Assembly (NCBI GenBank): GCA_951406725.2
Contig: OX597831.1
Coordinates: 75,392,001-75,456,000 of the forward strand
DNA: 64,000 nucleotides
Reading direction: 5' to 3'
Source of the DNA: Octopus vulgaris
Lineage: Eukaryota
Each line of letters begins with the position of its first letter. Within the stretch, counting starts at the first letter, position 1. The translations under genes and the position numbers were made by a program. The notes beneath the pieces were generated by a model that was not told the DNA's origin, did no database searches, and saw only the letters and a list, made by a program, of their open reading frames with translations. Shown here piece by piece: positions 12,698 through 26,063 of this stretch.

Positions 12698-14297
12698 GTA
12701 AGCTTCAAGCATGAACACGGCTAGTATAGATGACATAAGGTGGACAATATATGATGAAAAGGGTTTATTTAACCCTTGTAAGCTACACACTTCGTCCCAT
12801 ATTGAAACCAAAGGAAATTTCGATAAGCTGACAGTCGTCATACAATTGACGGTTTAGCAGGTAAAGTTACTAAGAACACGAATAAAAATCAGAAAATGTA
12901 AGGAATGGAAAAGGTAAATAAAAATTACAAATGTTTCCTAATGAAAACAATGATTGTTACACCCAAAACCTGCTGAGCTAATCTTTTATTATATAGGTTT
13001 TATTGTCTTCAAGTTGTTTACTTTTGTAATATAATCCACTTCATTTAACATCCGTGTTCTGGACAGGCAACAGTCGGAGGCACACTCACACATATACACA
13101 TGACATTTGTGAAAATAGAAAGTCCTATATACCTACTTTAAGCCTTTTGTGAAATCAGAAACAAAAATAGAACACACATACACACACATGCATACACACA
13201 CGTATACACACACATATATATATATATATACTTTCATTGAAGCGTCAAAATCTTCAACAGTTTATGTAGATTTATTAAAAACATTACTTCCCTCCTTGTT
13301 TTGAATTCATGTGTTTACTAGTGTGTGTGTGTGTGTGTGAGGGGTGTATATTCTGGGTGTGTCGAAAATGGCAGATCCATTGTAAATATTAACCTTACAC
13401 GTTAATTTTATGACAAATCTTAATGGAAATAATAATAATAAAAATAATAATAATAAAAAAACATTGTGTACAGTGCTCAGGTGCACAAATAAAAATCTTT
13501 TATTACACCCTTGCCTAAAACAACAACCATACACCAATGATATATATGGCGTATGAGATATAAGATGCATATATTATATCTCCTACACACACAGATATAT
13601 ATATATATACATATATAGGGAGAATTCACAAAAAAAAAAAACAAAAGACAAAGACATGTGGTGAAGACAACAAACAGATGTATTAGTTTAACATTGGAGA
13701 AGTGAAAAAGTCTTTAACGTTTTGAACCTACATGTAACGAATATAGTGAGTGAATATCTTCTCTTGTACTTTCGGGGTACAAGAAAGCAATCACTTTTCG
13801 TTGCTTTAATAATCCAGAATTCTACTAGTCAGAAACAACAAGACGCAGACGTAAAATATATATATACTACTTTATTCTCTTTCTTGGTAACAATAACAAT
13901 AAGTGGTTATCTGATGTCCTTGGTTCGGGGCGCGCAAGGCTGAAAGTTAATCGATTGTAATATTTACAATATTCAGCCGCTAAAACCAGAACGGGTTCAA
14001 GATGGCGTCGAACAGGGAAGTTGAATGTGGTCGGCAACAATTTGGTTAAAGGCATTCGGCCGACTGCTGCTAGAATCAAGTCCTGACGGAGAGAGAATAT
14101 ACGTGACCGTTGCCTTCGATAGCCATGTCTCAAAGTCTCCGCTAACTGCTACGTAGGCAATAGGGTTCTTCTTCCGGTGCTTCGCGCATGCGCGAGAGGG
14201 CCCTTCCTTTCTGTGCCTTGGTGAAGGCACCAACACTCGCACGCGCGAAATAGAAAATGGACGGTGCGCGCGCGCGCACCGTTATAGGATTACTACA

Positions 14298-14310
14298 AGG
14301 CTCCCCTCCA
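14298..14310 (-). other. Polypurine tract of the LTR element
   Basis: Minus strand TGGAGGGGAGCCT directly abuts the 3' LTR. Confidence 0.8.
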
Positions 14311-15822
14311 GTGCGTACGCACGAAAGGAAACTTATTGTAGTGACTGCAAAACTCAAGGTGGACACCAGATAACCAAATAGCACACAATATAATAAAATG
14401 GCAAAATTTATAACATACACAAGAAATTTACTAAAGGAAAAAGAGAAAAAATACTCAATGAGCAAAAATCAAGAGTGCATGCATGAAAGTGTATACGTCA
14501 CAAAGTATAGAGCCTTCCGCTGAAAGGAGCGGAGGGAAAGCAAAAACTCACAGTTAATGAACCTAAACGAAATTAAAATCCAACTTCTCTAAAGGTGGTT
14601 GATCCTGCAAAATAGCAGTTAAATCAATTGCTGCAGGAGAGGAAATGGAATTGGCAGAAGCTCGCTAGTAACACAAAAGGCAAAAGTGCAAACATGCTGG
14701 TGTGATGCGCGACACAGATAATTTTCTGTTAATTACGTGACCAACAGTGGTCTAACAGGGAAAAATAATTACGCCTAAACATGGCGCAGCGCATGTGAAC
14801 ATCCGACATTCTATGAGTCGGGAAAAGAATTAGGCTAACGCAAACGTGTTGCAAAAAACAAGGCAAGTACACGTGCGAAGCAAAAGGCGCATGAAATGCA
14901 ATAGTGCTTGCCAGACCAAAAAACAGCAAGAATATGCCAGTGGTTGAGCGATTATATGCCTCGTTCGTACAGGAACAAAGGTATGACATGCTGGCGCGTT
15001 ATAATGGACAAACAACCCTCTCTATGTATACGTGACCGCTAGGGTCTATAGAAATGAGGGGTGTCCACAAAAGGCAAATTTAGCATGGAAAAAACAAGCA
15101 AGAAAAGCATGTGTGCCGTATGTATGTGAGAGATAGCATTTATGTGTGTGTACGTGTGTGCGACAAAAATACATACAAGGTGAATGCGAGCAAAATATAA
15201 AAAAAAATACAGCGCATAGAAAAATGTCTCTCATGTGCTATTTCAGACAAGAGTTAATTTACCAGTCTGTAATAGCCTGATGCACAATAGCAGTTCGTTC
15301 TGTAACAGAATGTTGAGATCACAAATGCAGATGCCGATTGAACACATATCGTGTAGCGGTTGTGGCTTCAATGCTGTGACAGGTTAACTGGAACAGAAGA
15401 AATCTCGTAGATAGTGCTGGGCTGTGAATTCTTGGTGTGCTAATGCACAAACGGCAAGTGGACCAAACTTCCGCGAGTTGCTATGTACATCTTGGTGGAG
15501 GTCGACGGTGTTGAAAGGCGACGGTGGTGGTGGCGACTGTAGTGGACTTGAGACAACATCGTTCTTAGTGATGATGGCGACGAAGATAGCGACGACGTGA
15601 AGTAGAAAAACGACGATGGCGATGACGAAGGTGGAGAAAAGGCATCGAATATATGATGGCGTCCGTCATCATGGCTGTAGAATAAGAAAGGCTCCTTCTA
15701 CAACTGTTTGTGGTGGCCGGAAACAAATCGTCGAAAGATGAATGCGTAGAGTTAAATCGTGTTCCGACTTCGCAGAAAAACTGGATTTCTTTGTTGATAA
15801 GTGATCTCTGGTTTTAGACCAG

Positions 15823-15843
15823 AATCACGTCGGGAGGTCACCA
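15823..15843 (-). other. Primer-binding site complementary to tRNA-Trp
   Basis: + strand AATCACGTCGGGAGGTCACCA matches the eukaryotic tRNA-Trp 3' end AATCACGTCGGGGTCACCA with a 2-nt insertion, 1 nt from the LTR. Confidence 0.8.
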
Positions 15844-16420
15844 GTGTAACGAATATAGTGAGTGAATATCTTCTCTTGTACTTTCGGGGTACAAGAAAGC
15901 AATCACTTTTCGTTGCTTTAATAATCCAGAATTCTACTAGTCAGAAACAACAAGACGCAGACGTAAAATATATATATACTACTTTATTCTCTTTCTTGGT
16001 AACAATAACAATAAGTGGTTATCTGATGTCCTTGGTTCGGAGCGCGCAAGGCTGAAAGTTAATTGATTGTAATATTTACAATATTCAGCCGCTAAAACCA
16101 GAACGGGTTCAAGATGGCGTCGAACAGGGAAGTTGAATGTGGTCGGCAACAATTTGGTTAAAGGCATTCACCGACTGCTGCTAGAATCAAGTCCTGACGG
16201 AGAGAGAATATACGTGACCGTTGCCTTCGATAGCCATGTCTCAAAGTCTCCGCTAACTGCTACGTAGGCAATAGGGTTCTTCTTCCGGTGCTTCGCGCAT
16301 GCGCGAGAGGGCCCTTCCTTTCTGTGCCTTGGTGAAGGCACCAACACTCGCACGTGCGAAATAGAAAATGGACGGTGCGCGCGCGCGCACCGTTATAGGA
16401 TCACTACATACACATACATA

Positions 16421-16945
16421 TATTGAGTTGGCAACTAAGTTCCGGCCGTTTTAAAAAATTTTGGAATTTATAGAGTCTCTAAATTTTGGAATCTATGTTT
16501 TTCGAGAATTCTATTTTTCAATCATTTTGGAATTTATTTTGCTTATTTTTTCTAGTTAATTTTAGTTAATTTTTGTTTATTTTCAGATCATTAAAATGGA
16601 ATGTCAAGTTAAGAAAAACGAGCATTTTCGACACCTCCTTTTTGCTTTTAATCAAGGTTCTAAGGCTGCAAAAGCTGATCACGACATTTGTACTGGGTAT
16701 GGAGAGAGTGCCATAGCTAAAAGAACCGCTCATAATTGGTATGCCAAGTTCAAAAATGGAAATTTTGACCCCAAAGAGGCACTTTGCTCTGGCCATCCAG
16801 GTGAGTTCGATGAAGAGCGATTAAACCAACTTTTGCATGAAAATTCTTGTCAAACAACAAGGGAACTGGCAGAGAAAATGGAATGCTCCCACACTGCTAT
16901 AGAGAAGCATCTTCACTTGATGGGAAAGGTTCAGAAGTATGGCTT
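16421..16945 (+). mobile_element. Truncated mariner transposon (5' TIR and N-terminal HTH part of the transposase)
   Basis: TA-TTGAGTTGGCAACTAAGT TIR. ORF 16596 MECQVKKNEHFRHLL...W..KFKNGNFD...SG.P...TTRELAEK...HLH.MGKVQKYG breaks off before the WVPHEL motif. Confidence 0.88.
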
Positions 16946-16954
16946 GCTTGCTTG

Positions 16955-18222
16955 TCACCGGGGTCTGGGAAGCCAGGAGGCTGCACCAGGCTCCAGTCTG
17001 ATCTGGCAGTGTTTCTACAGCTGGATTCTCTTCCTTATGCCAACCACTCCGTGAGTGTAGTGGGTGCTTTTTACATGCCACCGGCACAGGTGCTAGGGGA
17101 GTCTGGCAGCGGCCACGATTGGTTGGTGCTTTTTACGTGCCACCGGCACAGAAGCCAGTCAAGGCGGCACTGGCATTGGCCACGTTCGGATGGTGCTTTT
17201 TACGTGCCACCGGCACAGAAGCCAGTGGATCATGTTAGCTTCATTTCTTTCAAGTCTACGCATGTCCTCTGCAGTCACAGCCCATGTTTCATTACCGTGA
17301 AGCATGGCAGTTCGCACACATGCATCATACAATCTACCTTTCGCTCTGAGCGAGAGACCTTTTGTCGCCAGTAAGGGTAGGAGCTTTCTAAACTTTGCCC
17401 AGGCTATTCGTATTCTAGTGGTGACACTCTCTGAGCATCCACCTCCACTACTAACTTGGTCACATAGGTAGCGGAAACTATCAACTACTTCTAGTTTCTC
17501 CGCCTGGAGTGTGATGGAATCTGTTTTCTGAGTATCTGTGGTGTCTATTGTCCTTGTGCATCTGCCGCACATGGAAGCTATCTTATCAGTTAATTTCCCT
17601 TTGATGTTGCTGCACCTCTTATGCGTCCATAGCTTAGACTGGGTACATCTTATGGAGTTTCTACCTACACCTTTCCTACAGATCGAGCAGGGCTACCTGC
17701 CCGAGGGTGTGTGTGATGATTTCGCCTTTCTGCTTACTATAACTTTGGTCTTTGCTACATTTACTCTAAGGCCCTTTGATTCTAAACCTTGCTTCCACAC
17801 CTGAAATTTCTTCTCTAGTTCCGGTAGTGATTCTGCTATGAGAGCCAGGTCATCAGCATAGAGGAGCTCCCAGGGGCAACCTGTTTTGAATTCCTCTGTT
17901 ATTGCCTGGAGGACTATGATGAATAAAGGAGACTGAGGACTGAACCTTGGTGTACACCTACTTCTACCCGGAATTCTTTTCTATACTCATTGCCAATCCT
18001 AACCTTGCTGACAACCTCTCTGTATAGGGCCTGAACAGCCCTTATTAGCCATTTGTCAATCTCCAGTTTCTGAACGACCACCAGATAAGGGATCGGGGGA
18101 CCCTGTCAAAGGCTTTCTCCAAGTCCACAAAAGCTATGTAGAGGGTTTTATCATTAGCTAGGTATTTCTCCTGCAGTTGTCGAACCAGGAATATGGCATC
18201 AGTGGTGCTTCTACCCGGCATG
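16955..18222 (-). mobile_element. RTE-A LINE fragment (RT C-terminal half, PHD finger, 3' UTR repeats)
   Basis: Reverse complement homologous to 34730-35730 (LYADD, CSIC...HKRC...CGRC, RIRIAWAKFR), joined to 3' UTR repeats. Confidence 0.9.
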
Positions 18223-18239
18223 TATATATATTTATATAT

Positions 18240-18466
18240 TCTCTTTACTCTTGTACTCTTTTACTTGTTTCGTCATTTGACTGCGACCATGCTGGACCAC
18301 CGCCTTTAGTTGAACAAATTGACCCCAGGACTTATTCTTTGGAAGCCTAGTACATATTCTATCGGTCTCTTTTGCTGAAACAATAAGTTACAGGGACGTA
18401 AACACACCACCATCAGTTGTCAAGCAAAGTTGGGGGACAAACACAGACACACAAACATATACACAC

Positions 18467-18525
<59 letters not shown>

Positions 18526-18686
18526 CAATGGGCTTCTTTCAGTTTCTGTCTACCAAATCCACTCACAAGGCTTTGGTTGGCCCGAGTCTATAGTAGAAGA
18601 CACTTGCCCAAGGTGCCATGCAATGGGAATGAACTCGGAACCATGTGGTTGGTAAGGAAGCTACTTACCACACAGCCACTCCTGCA

Positions 18687-18690
<4 letters not shown>
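18240..18690 (-). mobile_element. SINE family A, full length
   Basis: Reverse complement of family A. Confidence 0.88.
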
Positions 18691-18734
<44 letters not shown>

Positions 18735-18774
18735 TATATATGCATATATATGTATGTATGTATGTATGTATTAT

Positions 18775-19470
18775 GTTTATTGGATGGCTGTTGACTCTCA
18801 AGCGTTCCTCTGCCCTTTGACGGGTTTTGTTTTTCATCTCGCAGGGTGTCCAATAAACACCCTCCTCACCAAGCAAGCTTGGTTGGGTTGCCGGTTTAGT
18901 CACCGATGGCCCGATCATGCAACACGTTGTACTGGGTTACATGTTACCAGTAGCACTTGAAAGTGACCTGATATGTGTAATTTTGTTTTCTTTTTTTCTT
19001 CTTAAGGCTTAAGGCTGTATCATGTGCGGGGACATAGAAATAATCGGACTGAATACCCGATCACGCGGTTAAATCATTGGGAGTGAAGGACTCCTAGCCT
19101 TTGTTAGGGCATCCTTCTAGGAGAAGGTAACTCAGGTAACTGGGATAACTCGGACATAAACCTGCGGCTCAGTGGTTACCGATGATGTTGACTTGTTCTT
19201 CTTTTCGGATTATGGCTGCTGTTGCTTAGTGAGTGGGATTGACTCAGTGCACAGCCTTTCCTCACTTAAAAAAAAAATCTTCTTGCTCAGGCATTGCACG
19301 ATAACAACATTGTTCATGATTGTTGATGGTGCTATGAGTCTCAACTGAATGGCTGGCTGTAGCCTTAAAATGCAAATAAAAGTCACATTCGATCACAGCG
19401 CCAATAACAGTTAAGCTTCGTGCAATGGCCATACTCGATAACGAGAGGGCAGCCATCATGTATGTATGTA
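18775..19470 (+). mobile_element. Structured non-autonomous retroelement with (TATG)n tail; 5' ~200 bp inverted
   Basis: Homologous to 54420-54990. 18775-18972 is reversed, 19008 onward is collinear. Confidence 0.75.
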
Positions 19471-19580
19471 TGTATATATCTATATGTGTACATATATATA
19501 TATGTATATATATGTATGTATGTATTTATGTATGTATGTATGTTTGTATGTATGTACATATATATCTATATGTGCAATTA

Positions 19581-19613
<33 letters not shown>

Positions 19614-19900
19614 ATGTATGTGTGTGTGTGTCTGTCTGTCTTTGTATCGCCACCATCACTTGACAACCAATGTTGCTGTGTCTATGTCCCCGTAACTTAA
19701 CCATTTGGCAAAACTCACCAACAGAATAAGTGCTAGACTTACAAGCAATAAATCTTGGGGTCAGTTTCTTCGACTAAAGGCGGTGCTCCAGCATGGCCAC
19801 AGCCACATGACCAAAACAAGTGAAACAATAAATAACTATGGCATTTTATTCCTGAGCAACGCCTGGTATCTCTGCTAGTACAATATGTAATCTGTACATA

Positions 19901-20301
19901 GGCGCAGGAGTGGCTGTGTGGTAAGTAGCTTGCTTACCAACCATATGGTTCTGGGTTCAGTCCCACTGCGTGGCATCTTGGGCAAGTGTCTTCTGCTATA
20001 GTCTCGGGCCAACCAAAGCCTTGTGAGTGGATTTGGTAGACGGAAACTGAAAGAAGCCCGTCGTATATATGTATATGTATATATATGTGTGTGTGTGTGT
20101 CTGTGTTTGTCCTCCCAACATCGCTTGACAACCGATGGGGGTATGTTTACGTCCCCGTAACTTAGCAGTTCGGCAAAAGAGACCGATAGATTAAGTACTA
20201 GGCTTACAAAGAATAAGTCCTGGGGTTGATTTGCTCGACTAAAGGCGGTGCTCCAGCATGGCCACAGTTACATGATTGAAACAAGTAAAAGAGTAAAAGA
20301 G
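19901..20301 (+). mobile_element. SINE family A, full length
   Basis: Head GGCGCAGGAGTGGCTGTGTGG through the AAAAGAG tail. Confidence 0.9.
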
Positions 20302-20669
20302 TATATGTATACAAGTAATATATATATGTATATGTATATACGCGTAAATACATATGCATATATACTTGTGCACACATGCACATACACGTCTGTATGTGTG
20401 CATACATGCATTATACCTCCAATCCCTTGTGCACTCTCTTATATTTGAAATACATGGTGTATAATCTTTTAAAATTGCTACATGCAAGATTTTGTTTTTT
20501 TGTCATTTTTGTTGTATTCATTGAATTTTAGCCACCAACACTCCCCTTTCTATGATAAGTGGGGTCGCTTTGATGGCGGAAGTTCAAATGTTTGTGTTTA
20601 TTTAGCAATCACTGAATATTGTACTGATATACATATATGTACTGTAACTAGATCCGGGACATATTTCGA

Positions 20670-20723
<54 letters not shown>

Positions 20724-21376
20724 TGTGTTTGTGTGTGTGTGCATGTGTGTGTGTGTGTGTGTGCGTGCATGTGTGTGTGTGTGTGTGCATGTGCCCGCAC
20801 ACCCACACTATGTATGTATGTATGTTTATGTGTATATATCTATATACATCTATGTGTGTGTGTATGTATATATATATTTGTATATAGACATACATACATA
20901 CATATATATATATTTATATACATACACATATACATATATATATATATACATGTATATGTATGCACGCATGCTCACACACACCCACATATGTATATGTGTG
21001 TGTGTGTGTATAATCATATATATAATTATACACACACACATATATGTGTATGTGTGTATACATGTGCATGGCTGAAGGTTATTAATTTACACAAGCTTAG
21101 TAGGGGTTATACACCCAAAATTAAGCTTTCCATTGGTTGGTTTTTTAGCCAACACAAAACTTATCAGCAATCTTAGAATTCTTAGTCATTCACCAATATA
21201 AATGGACAACCGGAACAGACCAAGTGAAGCAACAGTCAGTAGTATACAGAGCCTGGTGCAGCCTTCTGGCTCGCCAGTCCTCAGTCAAACCGTCCAACCC
21301 ATGCCAGCATGGAAGGCAGACATTAAACGATGATGATGATGATGATGATGATATCCCATTATCGCCATTTAAAATA

Positions 21377-21770
21377 GGCGCAGGAGTGGCTGTGTGGTAA
21401 GTAGCTTGCCAACCAACCACATGGTTCCGGGTTCAGTCCCACTGCGTGGCATCTTGGGCAAGTGTCTTCTGCTATGGCCCCGGGCTGATCAATGCCTTGT
21501 GAGTGGGTTTGGTAGACGGAAACTGAAAGAAGCCCGTTGTATATATGTATATATATATATATGTGTGTGTGTGTGTTTGTGTGTCTGTGTTTATCCCCCT
21601 AGCATTGCTTGACAACCGATGCTGGCGTGTTTATGTCCCCGTCACTTAGCAGTTCAGCAAAAGAGACCGATAGAATAAGTACTGGGCTTACAAAGAATAA
21701 GTCCTAAGGCGGTGCTCCAGCATGACCGCAGTCAAATGACTGAAACAAGTAAAAGAGTAAAAGAGAGAGT
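21377..21770 (+). mobile_element. SINE family A (small internal deletion)
   Basis: Family A head and tail. Confidence 0.88.
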
Positions 21771-21914
21771 AAATTATGTAGAAGGGTTTTACACTTGCAG
21801 TATTGAATAGTTTGAAGTTATGTTTATGCTTTAAAAGTGGAAAGATATACAAAACCCACAAGAACGAAAAATCATGGCTTACAGCTGGTCTGGTCTATGC
21901 AGTTGTGTTGAGTT

Positions 21915-22320
21915 AGGCGGCGAGCTGGCAGAAACGTTAGCACGGCGGGCGAAATGCGTAGCCACATTTCGTCTGACATTACGTTCTGGGTTCAAATTCC
22001 GCTGAGGTCGACTTTGCCTTTCATCCTCACGGGGATCAATAAAATAAATACCAGTTACGCAGTGGGGTCGATGTAATCGACTTAATCTATTTGTCTGTCC
22101 TTGTTTGTCTCCTCTGTGTTTAGCCCCTTGTGAGCAATAAAGAAATAGGTATATCGTCTGTCTTTATGTTGTGAGTTCAAATTCCGCCGAGGTCGACTTT
22201 GCCTTTCATCCTTTCGGGGTCAATTAAATAAGTACCAGTTACGCACTGGGGTCTATGTAATTGACTTAATCCCTTTGTTGGTCCCCTCTATGTTTAACCC
22301 CTTGTGGGCAGTAAAGAAGT
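21915..22320 (+). mobile_element. SINE family B with tandem partial duplicate
   Basis: Full copy at about 21915-22150 followed by a 5'-truncated copy. The same arrangement occurs at 50535-50822 (-). Confidence 0.85.
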
Positions 22321-22559
22321 ATATATGTTTTAGCATTGCATTCTGTGGCTGGTTATCATCCTTTTGTTAATTCTTGGAAGTTCCAGGTTCCTGAAATCAG
22401 ACCTCAATCCCTCCATGCTAAGTCTAGTTTGGTTTTCGTTTTCTGCAGACTACTTGCCACAGTTCCTGACCCCACACCCACCACCTCTTTTAAGTGGCAC
22501 CAGCACCTAAAAGAACAAGCCTGTACATGGAGAAGACCCTGATTCTATTTAGCTTGATG

Positions 22560-23060
22560 TCATCATCATCATCATCATTATCATCATTTAGCGTCCGCTT
22601 TCCATGCTAGCATGGGTTGGACGGTTCAACTGGGGTCTGTGGAGCCAGAAGGCTGCATCAGGCTCCAATCTTGATCTGGCAGTGTTTCTATGGCTGGATG
22701 CCCTTCCTAACGCCAACCACTCTGTGATTGTGGTGAGTGCTTTTTACATGCCACTGGCACAGAGGCCAGAGGAGGCTGCCAAACGGCCACGATCGGTTGG
22801 TACTTTTTATGTGTCACCGATACGGATGCCATTCAGGTGATGCTGGCATCAGCCACATTTGGATGGTGCTTTTTGATGTTGATGTTGACGTACTTGACTC
22901 GATAGGTCTCCTCAAGCACAGCGGGTCACCCTACGATCCAAGGTTAGCACAGCAGGCCATCCTGTGAGCCATGAACTCACTTCATTTGTTTGGTCTTTGC
23001 AGTCACAGCATATCTCAGAGGTCTCGATCTTTACTCATTTACTCTGGGAGGCCCAATGTG
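22560..23060 (-). mobile_element. RTE-A LINE 3' end with (GAT)n tail
   Basis: (CAT)n then CGTCCGCTTTCCATGCTAGCATGGGTTGGACGG... and the end-of-ORF GGTCTCG segment. Confidence 0.8.
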
Positions 23061-23097
23061 CCACCAGCATGGGTATCACAACTACGATATCCATTTG

Positions 23098-23132
<35 letters not shown>

Positions 23133-23228
23133 AGTATATATATTAATAATAATAATATGACAACAAAAGTATGAATGAGACCTCGATATTATATAAAATA
23201 GAGGAATTTATCTATAAATATAATGTCT

Positions 23229-23291
23229 TAATATCTGATGAGATGCCAGAGCAGACTTCAGCCCCGGCATCCGAAACTCTAAGTTTTATTA
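23229..23291 (+). ncRNA. Hammerhead-like motif (slightly degenerate)
   Basis: TAATAT-CTGATGA-GATGCC...GGCATC-C-GAAAC-TCTAA-GTT-TTATTA, with one extra C and a mismatch in stem I. Confidence 0.55.
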
Positions 23292-23708
23292 TGACAACCA
23301 ACTAATTGTCACATATCATATTTATATATCTATATATATATATATATAACAAAATAATAAATAATTTATTTATTTATTATTTCGTTATTATATGATGAAA
23401 TGCCACGCATCCTCTTCCAAGTAAGTTTTATTTTAATAATTATGATGCGCACTCTTAACCTTACTGTCTCTATTTTTCTAACTTTACTGTCCCCCTCTCG
23501 CTCATTCTTCATTCTTTCTGGTTTTCTCTACCATTCTCTCCCTTTCACAAATTAGTCTACCAAATATATATATATATTGGTAAAAACGGTAAGATAACAA
23601 AAGAAAGAAAGAGACCTTGATATTATGTAAATAGAGGAATTTATCTGTAAATGTAATATGTGACAATTAACATGGCTACTGAATAATTGTCACATATTAC
23701 ATTTACAG

Positions 23709-23770
<62 letters not shown>

Positions 23771-24021
23771 ATATATATATATATATATATATACAGAGAG
23801 GGAGAGAGAGAGAGAGTAATAAGAAAATGGAGGGGTTCAATAGGGGATTCATCAACTTTTAGATATTATGTTATGTCAACTTATTTATTTACTAAAATGA
23901 CAATTACAAGAATATACATACATGTATAACATATTATGCTTTACATATAAAATATATTAATATATAAAGATACGAGTAATTATCAAAATATATAACATAC
24001 AGGAATATAAATTGGGAAAAT

Positions 24022-24140
24022 ATCTTACAGCTGTTTCAGCCAAGCGGCAAAAATACCTCATTCTACCTTTATCCCTCCACTGAAGTAATTAGTAGATGAA
24101 ATTGAGGTACCTGGGTGTTTCTCTAGGCTTCGTCAGAGAT
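24022..24140 (-). ncRNA. Minimal type-I hammerhead ribozyme (GUA site)
   Basis: Minus strand: ATCT-CTGACGA-AGCC...(TACCTCA/TGAGGTA)...GGCT-GAAAC-AGCT-GTA-AGAT. Confidence 0.75.
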
Positions 24141-24159
24141 TTTAGAAAGTACATAAGTA

Positions 24160-24403
24160 CTGGCGTCCGTGTCGATGACACGTAAAAGTACTGACCGATC
24201 GTGGCCGTTTGCCAGCCTCCTCTGGCTTCTGTGCCGGTGGCACATAAAAAGTACCCACTACACTCACGGAGTGGTTGGTGTTAGGAAGGGCATCCAGCTG
24301 TAGAAACACTGCCAGATCAGACTGGAGCCTGGTGCAGCCCCTCGCTTCCCAGACCCCGGTCGAACCATCCAAGCCATGCAAGCATGGAAAATGGACGTTA
24401 AAC

Positions 24404-24432
<29 letters not shown>
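24160..24432 (+). mobile_element. RTE-A LINE 3' UTR fragment
   Basis: 3' UTR motifs and (GAT)n tail. Further copies at 21250-21352, 25277-25428, 26523-26805 (-) and 50955-51290. Confidence 0.85.
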
Positions 24433-24434
<2 letters not shown>

Positions 24435-24512
24435 TATATATATACACACACATACCCTACTTTAGTTTAATGTGAAATTGTACATGTAATCTAACCCACA
24501 TACATCAATGCC

Positions 24513-24930
24513 TACTCTTTTACTCTTTTACTTGTTTCAGTCATTTGACTGCGGCCAGGCTGGAGCACCGCCTCTAGTCAAGCATATCGACCCCGGGACT
24601 TATTCTTTGTAAGCCCAGTACTTATTCTATCGGTCTCTTTTGCCGAACCACTAAGTGACAGGGACGTAAACACACCAGCATCGGTTGTCAAGCAATGCTA
24701 GGGGGACAAACACAAACACAGACACACAAACATATACACACACACATATATATATATATACATATATACGACAGGCTTCTTTCAGTTTCCGTCTACCAAA
24801 TCCACTCACAAGGCATTGGTCGGCCCGGGGCTATAGCAGAAGACACTTGCCCAAGATGCCACGCAGTGGGACTGAACCTGGAACCATGTGGTTGGTTAGC
24901 AAGCTACTTACCACACAGCCACTCCTGCCA
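24513..24930 (-). mobile_element. SINE family A, full length
   Basis: Reverse complement of family A. Confidence 0.9.
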
Positions 24931-25534
24931 CTTATATATACATGTGTGTATGTGTGTGTGTGTTTATATATGCACATATATGTAAATAGTAGAGAAAACA
25001 TTGTCTTTTCCATTGTTCTATCTTTAAAAAGCACTTATTCTATTTCCTCATTGACATACAAACAAATTTCTTTGTTTTCCTTGTTTGTTGGACTTTATTT
25101 TCCTGAAGTCTTCCGTTGTTACTACTAAAACATCAGTTTGTTTGCTGTTCCTATAATTATTCTCTACACACTCTCCATCCATCCAGCACACACACACACA
25201 CACACATTTAGCAACATTTAACACACATTTAACTAAATCAATTTAATTAATTACTACAGGTGAGAATATCTTCAGAGAGTGGTTGGCGTTAGGAAGGGCA
25301 TCCAGCTGTAGAAACTCTGCCAGATCAGACTGGAGCCTGGTGCAGCCCCTGGCTTCCCAGACCCTAGTCGAACCGTCCAACCTGTGTGAGCACGGAAAAC
25401 GGACGTTAAACGATGATGATGATGATGAAGGACGTACAAAGAAATTTTGCATATTTAAAACATAATGAAACCATTAAAGTCAATAAAAATAGATACAGTT
25501 ATAACAAAAATAATTATAGTCATGAATTAGCATT

Positions 25535-25738
25535 ACTCTTTTACTCTTGTTTCAGTCATTTGACTGTGGCCATGCTGGAGCACCGCCTTTAGTCGAGCAA
25601 ATCGACCCCAGGACTTATTCTTTGTAAGCCTAGTACTTATTCTATCAGTCTCTTTTGCCGAACCGCTAAGTTACGGGGACGTAAACACACCAGCATCGGT
25701 TGTCAAGCAATGTTGGGGGGACAAACACAGACACACAA

Positions 25739-25777
<39 letters not shown>

Positions 25778-25935
25778 CATATATACGACGGGCTTCTTTC
25801 AGTTTCCGTCTACCAAATCCACTCACAAGGCTTTGGCCGGCCTGAGGCTATAGTTGAAGATACTTGCCCAAAGTGCCGCGCAGTGGGACTGAACCGGGAA
25901 CCATGTGGTTGGTAAGCAAGCTACTTACCACACAA
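25535..25935 (-). mobile_element. SINE family A
   Basis: Reverse complement of family A. Confidence 0.9.
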
Positions 25936-26063
25936 TTATTATTATTAATAATAACAATAATGTAGATATAGCCATGCAAAAATATGAATAATGGTGATAT
26001 GTAAGAAACCAACATCACCATTATTCATATTTTTGCATGGATATGTCGGCATTATCATTATTA

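Larger units (their letters stand above)
13733..16408 (-). mobile_element. Non-autonomous LTR retrotransposon (Gypsy-type)
   Basis: LTRs 13733-14297 and 15845-16408 (TG...CA, about 6 differences), TACA 4-bp TSD at 13729-13732 and 16409-16412, PBS and PPT on the minus strand. No recognisable gag/pol in the 1.55 kb interior. Confidence 0.92.

Noticed and set aside
16596-17054. Intact SETMAR/mariner transposase gene
   Set aside because: Only the N-terminal ~116 aa are transposase. The rest is read-through into an RTE 3' UTR, with no DD34D domain and no SET domain.
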